Of a DNA stretch of 64,000 bases, positions 19,243-27,458 are shown piece by piece. This DNA is from Methanobacteriota archaeon (GTDB lineage: Archaea > Thermoplasmatota > Poseidoniia > Poseidoniales > Thalassarchaeaceae). The position numbers and the translations under genes were made by a program. Location of the stretch: positions 11,700 to 75,699 of the forward strand of contig PBMO01000024.1 of NCBI GenBank assembly GCA_002722595.1. The letters run 5' to 3'. The first letter of the stretch is position 1. The number at the start of each line of letters is the position of its first letter. The notes beneath the pieces were generated by a model that was not told the origin of the DNA, did no database searches, and saw only the letters and a list, made by a program, of their open reading frames with translations.

Positions 19243-19913
19243 TTTCTCACCTCAGGGTACGGCAACTCACCCATGTGCGCTGAGTAAATCCGACCAGCAG
19301 GGACATTGGCTTCTCTGAGCCATTGTATAACCCATTGAGCACCATGTGCGGCGGCCAATGCAAACCCGAACTGAATGTTCCCAATTTCTACAGCCCCTTC
19401 TAATTGACAACTAGCCGATTGACCCCCCTCTAATTCAGGTAGAGAACATAGTATGTGATAATCATCGACACAACTCCACATCACAAAACCATCTGCCCGT
19501 GCACGTAAATCCAACCACTGAGAAGCATTTTTGTGAACCGATTTTCGTGGTTTTTCACGATCTACTGCAACAATGACTAGGTGATATTCACCGAGTGCGA
19601 AGTCATCAGAAAAATCCCTTTTCATCGTAATCACATCTAGCCCTGTATCTTCTAGAAGTGAAGAAATATTCATCCAGTTCACTAACGCATCAACCTTAGA
19701 TTTACCAATATCATCATCAGAAAAGAATTGATGGGGCAGATTTCTTTCTTCGACGATGTCTCCATCCATTATAGTCAACGACACATCTTTTTTCAAGCCA
19801 GATTTAGTAATGGCTTTTATTACAAAAATCGCAAGTAAACCACCAATTCCCCCCGCGCCAATTAGTAGTATTTTTCTTTGCATTCTATCTCCCTCAGAAG
19901 TTTGTATGATCAT
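19239..19913 (-). CDS. Minimal E1-like activating enzyme (ThiF/MoeB/UBA superfamily)
   Basis: Rossmann motif KILLIGAGGIGG and DGDIVEERNLPHQFF, which corresponds to the DxDxVExSNLNRQ adenylation motif. It is only 224 aa. Confidence 0.7.
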   Translation of the reverse strand: MIIQTSEGDRMQRKILLIGAGGIGGLLAIFVIKAITKSGLKKDVSLTIMDGDIVEERNLPHQFFSDDDIGKSKVDALVNWMNISSLLEDTGLDVITMKRDFSDDFALGEYHLVIVAVDREKPRKSVHKNASQWLDLRARADGFVMWSCVDDYHILCSLPELEGGQSASCQLEGAVEIGNIQFGFALAAAHGAQWVIQWLREANVPAGRIYSAHMGELPYPEVRK

Positions 19914-19935
19914 ATCATAAATTGTAAATTTCGGT

Positions 19936-19963
19936 ACACACCCGCCCAGCAGGCGGGGTGTAC
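19936..19963 (-). other. GC-rich imperfect hairpin between the Ubl and E1 genes (possible attenuator or RNA processing site)
   Basis: acacccgcc-cagca-ggcggggtgt forms a 9-bp stem with one bulge, centred in the 100-bp gap between the Ubl stop and the E1 start. Confidence 0.3.
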
Positions 19964-20013
19964 CTGTAATCTTCTCAACCGTTTTGGTTGGTGTGTTTTA
20001 TGGCCGAAACCCA

Positions 20014-20331
20014 TCATTGACCGCCAACAAGCGGGGACACGATTCTAACATTCTCTGCAGATGATAGAGATGCTTCATCAACTTGACCAGGTGTCACCAT
20101 AGTCCCGTCAACATACACCCAAGATCCAGAAGAGTTCCCTTGAATTATTTCGACCGTTTCAGCCGGATTCAAGAGCTTCTGTGAATGTCCCGTTTTGTCG
20201 GAAATCTGTACCTTAATTTGATGCATAGATGTTCCTCCAATATTTTTGACCTCGTCTACGAGCCGAGTCCGGTCCTCACCGGCATAGTCATTGAAAAGGA
20301 CCGTCACACCCCTTCCTCCTCTTGTGTCCAA
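20014..20331 (-). CDS. Ubiquitin-like beta-grasp protein (MoaD/ThiS-like) with C-terminal GG-Q
   Basis: The C-terminal half MHQIKVQISDKTGHSQKLLNPAETVEIIQGNSSGSWVYVDGTMVTPGQ...ENVRIVSPLVGGQ has the MoaD/ThiS pattern (VNG..v.....L.dGDeV.i.Ppv.GG) plus one extra residue. The N-terminal 35 aa may not be translated; an internal Met near nt 20226 is an alternative start. Confidence 0.6.
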   Translation of the reverse strand: MDTRGGRGVTVLFNDYAGEDRTRLVDEVKNIGGTSMHQIKVQISDKTGHSQKLLNPAETVEIIQGNSSGSWVYVDGTMVTPGQVDEASLSSAENVRIVSPLVGGQ

Positions 20332-21347
20332 TCCATTAGATTGGTTTGAAAGCGTCTGATAAATCGCTGCATCGTATCGGTTAATTGTCCATTATCTTGG
20401 TAAGGAGGGTTACCAATAGCTCTACGCCACAAATGCTCAATGTTGACATTTCTTCTACGCATTCTTTCCGGAGTGCCGAAAACATGCCGACCTAATGTAT
20501 TGATATGGCGTGCTGAATTTGTATCGTCGTACAGAGATAGTACAAGGGTGACTAAAATATCTCCAAAAACAACATTATGAGCGCCAACTGGATCAATGCA
20601 TATGAACTCTAACTTTTCATCCAATTCGCGAAAGACAGCATAGTTTGGTGTGTGGCGTTTAGGCTTAATTCTGTAGACGTTCCCCGACGCACCAATTACT
20701 TCGATATATCCATCCATTATGGTGGCCCTCTCATTCAAATCGCCAACGACTTCTTGGACAAATTGAAACGATCTGGCCCATGCAGGAGGATTCCTAGCAA
20801 CAAATTCATCTTCCCCGATTAGCCAGATGAAAATTGCAGTAGTCAATTTGTTTTTGACATCCTTTCCAAAAACCCCTAGCATGATTTTGGCAACATGCTC
20901 CTGGATATGCATTCCTTTGGGGAATCGAACTAGCCCGGCATCTTTGAGTTGGTTTTCAACTCCCAACACTTCCCCTTGACTAACAGATCGAGACTTCACA
21001 CGATTGAGGTGTAAGATACCAATACCCAAATTATCCAAAGCCGAGATCCAGCCAATATCAGAAACAGGTCCCAGATATGGAAAACCCATGTCGAAAATAT
21101 GCCTCCGAGGAATCCAATTCCCCCCATTTCTACTGCGCAAATCATGAAAAATCTCTCTCATATCTGATAATTCTTCAATCGAAAAACTGCTTGAAGGCCT
21201 GACCCAGGAGGGTTTTTTTCTGGTTCTTCTAATTGAAAATCTGACCCACGGGTAACAGCATCGGCAGAGTTGCAATCCACCACTTCGATGTAGGATACGT
21301 AAATCCGTAAATCCCAAATTACAACTATCACAGGCGTGCAACATCAA
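20304..21347 (-). CDS. Hypothetical protein, candidate divergent E2-like (UBC-fold) partner of the Ubl/E1/JAB genes
   Basis: Uninterrupted 347-aa ORF immediately upstream of the Ubl gene. The C-terminal segment HTPNYAVFRELDEKLEFICIDPVGAHNVVFGDILVTLVLSLYDD loosely resembles the E2 HPN...C(L/I)D(I)L...hydrophobic-helix...D(P) active-site region. The true start is uncertain; MREIF... near nt 21161 is possible. Confidence 0.35.
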   Translation of the reverse strand: MMLHACDSCNLGFTDLRILHRSGGLQLCRCCYPWVRFSIRRTRKKPSWVRPSSSFSIEELSDMREIFHDLRSRNGGNWIPRRHIFDMGFPYLGPVSDIGWISALDNLGIGILHLNRVKSRSVSQGEVLGVENQLKDAGLVRFPKGMHIQEHVAKIMLGVFGKDVKNKLTTAIFIWLIGEDEFVARNPPAWARSFQFVQEVVGDLNERATIMDGYIEVIGASGNVYRIKPKRHTPNYAVFRELDEKLEFICIDPVGAHNVVFGDILVTLVLSLYDDTNSARHINTLGRHVFGTPERMRRRNVNIEHLWRRAIGNPPYQDNGQLTDTMQRFIRRFQTNLMDWTQEEEGV

Positions 21348-21528
21348 AGCAAACTCCTTTTCAATTTATAAGTGGAAATTGGGCGCATAATATTCGAACA
21401 TCATGTACCATAATCGCGGCCCCTCTTCAGCAACGTCCGGGGTATTTGAATCTCATGAAAAGATAAGGAGTTAGAGCAAAATTTAGAACACGATTAGCAA
21501 CGTCGAAACAATATTCTTCCAAAGAGGT

Positions 21529-22095
21529 GTGTGGAGTGCTGTGGGACTAACTTTAGAGATATCTTTGCCAGGCTCAAAGCTTTCCGAAGCCTACTACTCC
21601 TGTCGTTATGCTTGTCTCCGTGAGCCACTTGGTTTTGAGTTGGGTGCAGAACGACTTGAAGACGACAATGAAGCAATACATGCATGGTGGGAAGATAAAG
21701 ACGGCGAGGTATTGGCTGTTGGACGAATACATAGGATTCCAAGCAAGTCTGATGGCAGCCAACCAGATCACTCTGGCCCCGATGCCGCCTTATGTCCGGC
21801 TTTTACTCCATTAACGGAAGAGCGGGACGATTTACGCCCTGCTGTACAAATTCGTCAAATGGGTACACGCGAATCTTGGAGGCGGCAAGGTCTAGCTAGT
21901 GGATTAGTAATTGCACTTGAGGCAGCAGCAATCAGCCAATGGGGTGCAAAAAGTGGGTGGTTGCAAGCCCGTCTTTCCGCGATTCCGATGTACGCAAGCG
22001 AGGGATGGAAAACTTTTGGTGAAGAATACGAGGTAGTAGGAATTGGCCCCCACCTTTCAATGTGGAAAATGTTAGTTGGGGATGAATCAAATTGA
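21529..22095 (+). CDS. GNAT family N-acetyltransferase
   Basis: RQGLASGLVIALEAAAISQWGAKSGWLQA matches the GNAT motif A region (Q/RxxGxG/A). Confidence 0.6.
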   Translation: MWSAVGLTLEISLPGSKLSEAYYSCRYACLREPLGFELGAERLEDDNEAIHAWWEDKDGEVLAVGRIHRIPSKSDGSQPDHSGPDAALCPAFTPLTEERDDLRPAVQIRQMGTRESWRRQGLASGLVIALEAAAISQWGAKSGWLQARLSAIPMYASEGWKTFGEEYEVVGIGPHLSMWKMLVGDESN

Positions 22096-22862
22096 GTAAC
22101 GACCAAGAAGTTGCTGAGTGGTTAGATAACCTTCTTCGGAAAGAATTAGATCTTCGGCAAAGCAGAGGAATCAAGAAAGAAATAGAACTCGGACCTAAAA
22201 CACCGAGAATCATAATACTGAATCAAGGAGAAGTGGCAGGGTATGCTGAAATGCGTCGAATATCGACCATTATTGAACTGGCAACAGTGGTAGTGGACCC
22301 AAAATTACGAGGAAAGGGATATTCACATCAGATTGTCCATCAAGCATGGGAAAGGTGGAGACAAGATCCGGTTTTGCATGGAACAACATTGGGTGGAGAT
22401 GTTGATTTAACAAGGAGTCACCAACTCCCTAAAACGGTTAGTAGACCCCTAATTTCATTCACCCGAGATCCGGCAATGGCGGCCGCCTTGGTTGGAGGGG
22501 GTTTTACAATGATGCCCCGTAAACGGAGAATTTCCCGTCTTTGGTTGTGGAAATCCGATTTTGCAGCGTTACCAATCATGGTTCAAGCCTCAATATCTTT
22601 TGACAGACTTTTGAGAGGCATCCGGTTTCTCTTCACATCTCCTAGCCGCATAGCGCATTATTTACGACATTCAAGAGATTACAGATTATTTGTAAGAATA
22701 CCTGAAACTGCCGAACGTCCCCCTCCAAGGATGCACATGCGGAGTGAACGTGAAGGAGGCGTCCCGTCCGATCTCATGAATCAAATGGAGGCGATTGCAT
22801 TTACTATGGAAGAGGAACCAGGCATCTCTTCTGAAATCAAAGCATGGGACGAAGGAGAATAA
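22092..22862 (+). CDS. GNAT family N-acetyltransferase with C-terminal extension
   Basis: VVVDPKLRGKGYSHQIVHQAWERW matches GNAT motif A. It overlaps the previous GNAT gene by 4 nt. Confidence 0.55.
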   Translation: MSNDQEVAEWLDNLLRKELDLRQSRGIKKEIELGPKTPRIIILNQGEVAGYAEMRRISTIIELATVVVDPKLRGKGYSHQIVHQAWERWRQDPVLHGTTLGGDVDLTRSHQLPKTVSRPLISFTRDPAMAAALVGGGFTMMPRKRRISRLWLWKSDFAALPIMVQASISFDRLLRGIRFLFTSPSRIAHYLRHSRDYRLFVRIPETAERPPPRMHMRSEREGGVPSDLMNQMEAIAFTMEEEPGISSEIKAWDEGE

Positions 22863-22871
22863 TGGCAATAA

Positions 22872-22948
22872 TGGAGCACAGAAGGGGATTCGAACCCCTG
22901 TGAAATGGATTTGCAGTCCATCGCGTAACCGGGCTTTGCTATCTGTGC
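22872..22948 (-). tRNA. tRNA-Cys (anticodon GCA), with encoded CCA
   Basis: The reverse complement reads GCACAGA-TA-GCAAAGCCCGGTTACGCG-ATGGA-CTGCAAA-TCCAT-TTCAC-AGGGG-TTCGAAT-CCCCT-TCTGTGC-T-CCA. It has a 7-bp acceptor stem, a 5-bp anticodon stem, a GCA anticodon in a 7-nt loop, a canonical T-arm, and the U73 discriminator typical of tRNA-Cys. The D-arm pairing was not cleanly resolved by eye. Confidence 0.8.
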
Positions 22949-23008
22949 AGCAAGTCGCCGAAAAGCACCGTCTATTCAAGCCTCACGCATGAGGAAATTG
23001 AACAGAAA

Positions 23009-26000
23009 TCACGAACAACCAGTTGTGGCGCCACAACTATTGCACTTTAGACAGGTACCATTGCGGACCATTTGACTGCCACCACACTCATCACAAATAT
23101 CTCCAGTAAATCCAGCCTCGCGTGCCTGCTGTCTCATTATTGAAGCATTGTCAACAACATTGAGAGTTGTTTGGACGTTGCGTTGTTCTCCTTGTGAACG
23201 AGCCACCCCATCCTCTGTAATTTCTGGGCGGCTGATTGAAGTGACCTCCAAATCCTCCTCACTTACATGCGCTAGATCATTTCGACCTAGATAGTCAATC
23301 GCCAATTCTCTGAATATGTAATCTACTAAACTTGTAGCCATCTTGACACGGTTTGAACCACCCTGAACCATTCCACTTGGTTCGAACTTCTGGAAAGTGA
23401 ACGATTTCACGAACGCATCTAGAGGTACACCATATTGCAACCCAATCGATACCGCAATCGCGAATTGGTTCAGAAGGCTGCGCCATGCAGCTCCTTCCTT
23501 TGAAGTGGTGATCATAATTTCTCCAAGACGACCATCGTCATACTTGCTTGAAGTTAGGTAAACAGTATGTCCACCCACACTCGCCTTCATTGTTCTTGAA
23601 TCACGAACAGCAGGCAAGGGCTGTCTCGATGCGATATAGTTGTGAACAAAGGCTTCAGCAACAGGTGTAGCCTGTTCTTCGGGAAGAGGCAACACCTCCG
23701 CAACCTGTTTGACAACCTTCTTTACAGTGACAACTTCCTCCTCCTCATCTTCCTCGACACTAGACATGTCCACTAGACTATTCATGAGTGGCTGGGATAG
23801 TTTACTACCATCTCGATACACAGCACAGGCCTTGTTCATTGTTGAGTGAGAGAGATCATATGCAGCCCGCACATCTTGGATTGATGCTTCACTTGGCATG
23901 TTAATGGTCTTTGAGATAGCACCTGATATGAATGGCTGTGCAGCAGCCATCATCAATACGTGGGCATCCCAATCAATACATCGAGTCCCATTTTTACCAC
24001 CAGGAGTTGCACAATCGAATACAGCAAGATGTTCTGCTTTGAGGTGCGGTGCATCTTCTATCGATAGATGTCCAAAGACGTGATTGTGTGCATTTTCAAT
24101 TTCAGTAGCACTAAACCCAAGGAAGCCCAGTGTATCGAAGAATGGGTTGTCACAGTCCTCCTTCGAAATTCCCAACGAATCCATGCAGAAATCCTCACCG
24201 AGGACATGCGTTGCAAACAGAGATCGAATATCGAATACAGTTGCTACAGCCCCCTCAATCTTCGAAAATTCATTTTCTGAAAATCCAATTTCCAGCAATT
24301 TTTGCAGTGAGACACTTTCGCATCTTTCAAGAGTTCCAGTTCCCATTACATGGTCTACAATCTCTTGTGCTTCATTCTCGCTGTATCCCAATCGCTTTAG
24401 TGCAGTGGGAACACCTTTGTTGATAATTCTTAGAGAACCACCACCAGCTAATTGTTTGAATTGAACAAGGCTGAACTGTGGCTCAACACCAGTTGTGTCT
24501 GCAGCCATGACTAAGCCAATAGTTCCAGTTGGTGCAATAACAGTTGTCTGTGCATTTCGGTAGCCATGCTCTTCTCCTAGGGCGAGCGCGCGATCCCAAA
24601 CACCTCTTGCCGCTTCAAGCAAATCCTTCGGACATTTCTTTGAATCAATACCCATAGGGGTAATCGACAATCCCTCATATTGGTCCTCAGGCACATCATA
24701 TGCAGCCCTTCGATGGTTCCTCATCACTCGGAGCATATGTTCTGCATTTTCTTCATATCGAGGGAAGGGGCCAAGGAAGCTGGCCAAATCAGCACTGGTA
24801 GCATAGGCCTCACCAGTCATGATTGCAGAAATCGCACCACATATTGCATAACCACGCGAGTCGTTGTAAGGTATCCCCATGTGCATAAGCAATGATCCGA
24901 TGTTGCAGAACCCTAAGCCCAGTGTGCGGTAATCATATGAATTACGAGAAATTGCTTGACTTGGGAATTGGGCCATCAATACACTGATTTCTAGAGTAGT
25001 TGTCCACAAACGACATGAATGTCGGAAGCCTTCAACATCGAAGACCTGCGAATCCATATCATAGTAGTGTAGTAAATTGATACTGGCTAGATTACAAGCA
25101 GTGTCATCCAAGAACATGTATTCACTGCATGGATTGGAACCATTAATCCGCCCTCCTTCAGGACAAGTATGCCATTCGTTAATCGTAGTATCAAATTGTA
25201 TTCCTGGGTCAGCACATGCCCAAGCAGTGTAAGCAATATCATCCCACAATTGGTTCGCATCAAGGGTTCTGTGTGCTTCAGGAGCGCGCCCTTCCTTGGC
25301 AGCCTTTTCCTTTTCAGTTCTGAATACGAGGTCCCACCCTCCTCCATCTTTAACAGCCTGCATGAATGATTCAGGAACGCGAACAGAGTTGTTTGAATTC
25401 TGTCCAGATACAGTTGCGTAGGCCTCACCTTCCCAATTGGTATCCATAACGTCAAAGTCAACACTCTTCCAACCTTGTTTTGCCAAATCTAGCATTCTTT
25501 GCAAATGTGGTTGTGGTATCGAGGACCGGATAGCTTTGACCATTGCCGATTTGAGTGCCGGGTTGGTATTCGGATCGATTGACAACTCGTCACCATCCCA
25601 ACAGGCTGAAAGAACATCATTACAATGCTTCTGTACCATCGAAGAACCAGCTACAAGCGCACTGACCTTTTCTTCCTCATTTAATTTCCAGCCAATATAT
25701 TCTTCAATATCTGGGTGATCAAGGTCGAGTGTGACCATTTTGGCAGCCCTTCGTGTGGTACCTCCACTCTTGATTGCCCCTGCGGCTCTATCTCCTATCT
25801 TGAGGAATGAGAGTAAACCGCTCGAAGTACCGCCGCCGGAAAGTGGCTCACCAGCTCCTCTAATGTTGGAGAAATTCGAACCGGTTCCAGAACCAAACTT
25901 GAACAACAACGCTTCTCGATTCCATAATCCCATAATCGAGCCAGTATCTCCTACCAAACTGTCACTAACACTCTGAATAAAACAAGCGTGTGGTTGTGGG

Positions 26001-26632
26001 TGCTCATATGCATTGACGGATCGGAGATCTTCTTCAGTAACTGGGTCAACATACCAATGTCCTTGGGCGGGCCCTTCGATACCATAGGCCCAATGCAGAC
26101 CTGTATTGAACCATTGGGGACTATTTGGGGCGGATCTCTGGCTTGCAATTAGGTAACACATTTCGTCATAATATGCACGAGCATCATCCTCACTCGCAAA
26201 GTAACCGTGCTTCCAACCCCAGTATGTCCAGGTGCCCGCAAGTCTTCGGAAGAGTTGGCGACCATCAGATTCGCAACCATAGCGATCATCAGCATCCATT
26301 TTTTGCAACTTTTCTTCATCTGGCGCGGACCTCTGTAACCATTCAGGCACACCATCTTCAGGAACTTTCCTGAGAACTTTGGGTACACCCGCCTTTCGCA
26401 TATATTTCTGAGCACAAACTTTTCCTGGAACACCCTCGAATCCTGCTGGCATTGACACGTCCTTGATTTCAAATGCAACAGTACCATCTCTGTTGTTGAT
26501 AACAAAGTCAAAAGTCACCCAATCGAAACCATCGAATGGATCAACACCAACTTGTGTGAACCGACGTTCAACGACCATACCTTGTTCACTATCTCCAGTA
26601 CTTGCACTCTCCTTTAGTTTGGATTGGGTCAT
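23009..26632 (-). CDS. nrdJ: Class II (adenosylcobalamin-dependent) ribonucleotide reductase NrdJ, long form (1207 aa)
   Basis: Conserved RNR core motifs (NPCSEYMFLDDTACNLASINL; GFCNIGSLLM; thiyl-radical region) and a C-terminal Cys-rich zinc ribbon CDECGGSQMVRNGTCLKCNSCGATTGCS typical of class II RNRs. Confidence 0.85.
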   Translation of the reverse strand: MTQSKLKESASTGDSEQGMVVERRFTQVGVDPFDGFDWVTFDFVINNRDGTVAFEIKDVSMPAGFEGVPGKVCAQKYMRKAGVPKVLRKVPEDGVPEWLQRSAPDEEKLQKMDADDRYGCESDGRQLFRRLAGTWTYWGWKHGYFASEDDARAYYDEMCYLIASQRSAPNSPQWFNTGLHWAYGIEGPAQGHWYVDPVTEEDLRSVNAYEHPQPHACFIQSVSDSLVGDTGSIMGLWNREALLFKFGSGTGSNFSNIRGAGEPLSGGGTSSGLLSFLKIGDRAAGAIKSGGTTRRAAKMVTLDLDHPDIEEYIGWKLNEEEKVSALVAGSSMVQKHCNDVLSACWDGDELSIDPNTNPALKSAMVKAIRSSIPQPHLQRMLDLAKQGWKSVDFDVMDTNWEGEAYATVSGQNSNNSVRVPESFMQAVKDGGGWDLVFRTEKEKAAKEGRAPEAHRTLDANQLWDDIAYTAWACADPGIQFDTTINEWHTCPEGGRINGSNPCSEYMFLDDTACNLASINLLHYYDMDSQVFDVEGFRHSCRLWTTTLEISVLMAQFPSQAISRNSYDYRTLGLGFCNIGSLLMHMGIPYNDSRGYAICGAISAIMTGEAYATSADLASFLGPFPRYEENAEHMLRVMRNHRRAAYDVPEDQYEGLSITPMGIDSKKCPKDLLEAARGVWDRALALGEEHGYRNAQTTVIAPTGTIGLVMAADTTGVEPQFSLVQFKQLAGGGSLRIINKGVPTALKRLGYSENEAQEIVDHVMGTGTLERCESVSLQKLLEIGFSENEFSKIEGAVATVFDIRSLFATHVLGEDFCMDSLGISKEDCDNPFFDTLGFLGFSATEIENAHNHVFGHLSIEDAPHLKAEHLAVFDCATPGGKNGTRCIDWDAHVLMMAAAQPFISGAISKTINMPSEASIQDVRAAYDLSHSTMNKACAVYRDGSKLSQPLMNSLVDMSSVEEDEEEEVVTVKKVVKQVAEVLPLPEEQATPVAEAFVHNYIASRQPLPAVRDSRTMKASVGGHTVYLTSSKYDDGRLGEIMITTSKEGAAWRSLLNQFAIAVSIGLQYGVPLDAFVKSFTFQKFEPSGMVQGGSNRVKMATSLVDYIFRELAIDYLGRNDLAHVSEEDLEVTSISRPEITEDGVARSQGEQRNVQTTLNVVDNASIMRQQAREAGFTGDICDECGGSQMVRNGTCLKCNSCGATTGCS

Positions 26633-26942
26633 TGATAATCATCTCCTATTTTTGGGAATCTAAATTTTGATTTATTTTAGGGGTCCAGCCGGCGCCATAG
26701 CACACAGGGAGTTTCGGTCCGGTTTAGTGGGTCTTTGAAGATATCGCAAAGAGAGAGTGTATTTCGATGCAAACTTGTGATAAATTACACAGTTCATAAA
26801 TCTCTTATTGTGAACAATTAAGGGTGTTTGTGAAATCAATATGATATATTATCGACTCACATAATCACTCAAACCACTTATCCATACACGGGCAATTGCT
26901 TTGAGGTAAACCCGCCCGTCACAGATTATCCGGAGGGACATT

Positions 26943-27458
26943 ATGACGACACCCGAATCAAATGACGAATCAGAGGACACTCAAGCAGACGTTGATCCAT
27001 TTGAGGAACTAGGGGTCGAACAACATCTCCCTGGAGACCACTCTGGTGATGGATTAGATGCTTTCATGGATGATGAAGATGAAGAGGATCAAATCGAGAC
27101 CACGCGCCCCGAATCAGCCATAACAGAAGAAGAGGACGAAGATGACGACGATTTGTTTGCAACTCTTGGAGTGGCTGGACCTGCAGTTTCACTAGCATCG
27201 ACAGGTCAAGATGACCTTCTATCTGCTTTCATGGATGAAGACGAAGAGGTTGTTGAAGTTGAAGAACCCGCGACAACGACTGAAACGAAACCATCTGCTC
27301 CAGATGCGAAAGATGCCTACAAAATGGTTCTTGAAACGGTGTGGGTAGATGGGATTCTGGATCCCGGCGAAGTCAACTTGCTCGCCCGACGACGTGAAGA
27401 ACTGAATCTTAGTTTCGAAGAACATCTAGAACTAGTTCGCCAGATGTTGGGTGATTAA
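26943..27458 (+). CDS. Acidic protein with C-terminal TerB-like helical domain
   Basis: The N-terminal 120 aa are extremely acidic (DDEDEEDQIE, EEEDEDDDD). The C-terminus VLETVWVDGILDPGEVNLLARRREELNLSFEEHLELV fits the TerB-like pattern. Confidence 0.5.
   Translation: MTTPESNDESEDTQADVDPFEELGVEQHLPGDHSGDGLDAFMDDEDEEDQIETTRPESAITEEEDEDDDDLFATLGVAGPAVSLASTGQDDLLSAFMDEDEEVVEVEEPATTTETKPSAPDAKDAYKMVLETVWVDGILDPGEVNLLARRREELNLSFEEHLELVRQMLGD

Noticed and set aside
22686-22992. Two small ORFs (97 aa minus-strand, 65 aa plus-strand) covering the 22862-23008 intergenic region
   Set aside because: They overlap the tRNA-Cys gene and the GNAT gene end. The tRNA structure is far better supported.
23009-26632. 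Intein within the 1207-aa NrdJ
   Set aside because: No intein block A/B/F/G signatures (Cys/Ser at N-junction with TxxH, terminal HN followed by Cys/Ser/Thr) were found on reading the sequence. The extra length is better explained by lineage-specific insertions and linkers.
26633-26942. Possible cobalamin riboswitch in the long leader upstream of B12-dependent nrdJ
   Set aside because: No B12-box-like consensus was recognisable, and riboswitches are rare in archaea. The region is more simply an AT-rich divergent promoter region shared with the 26943 gene.
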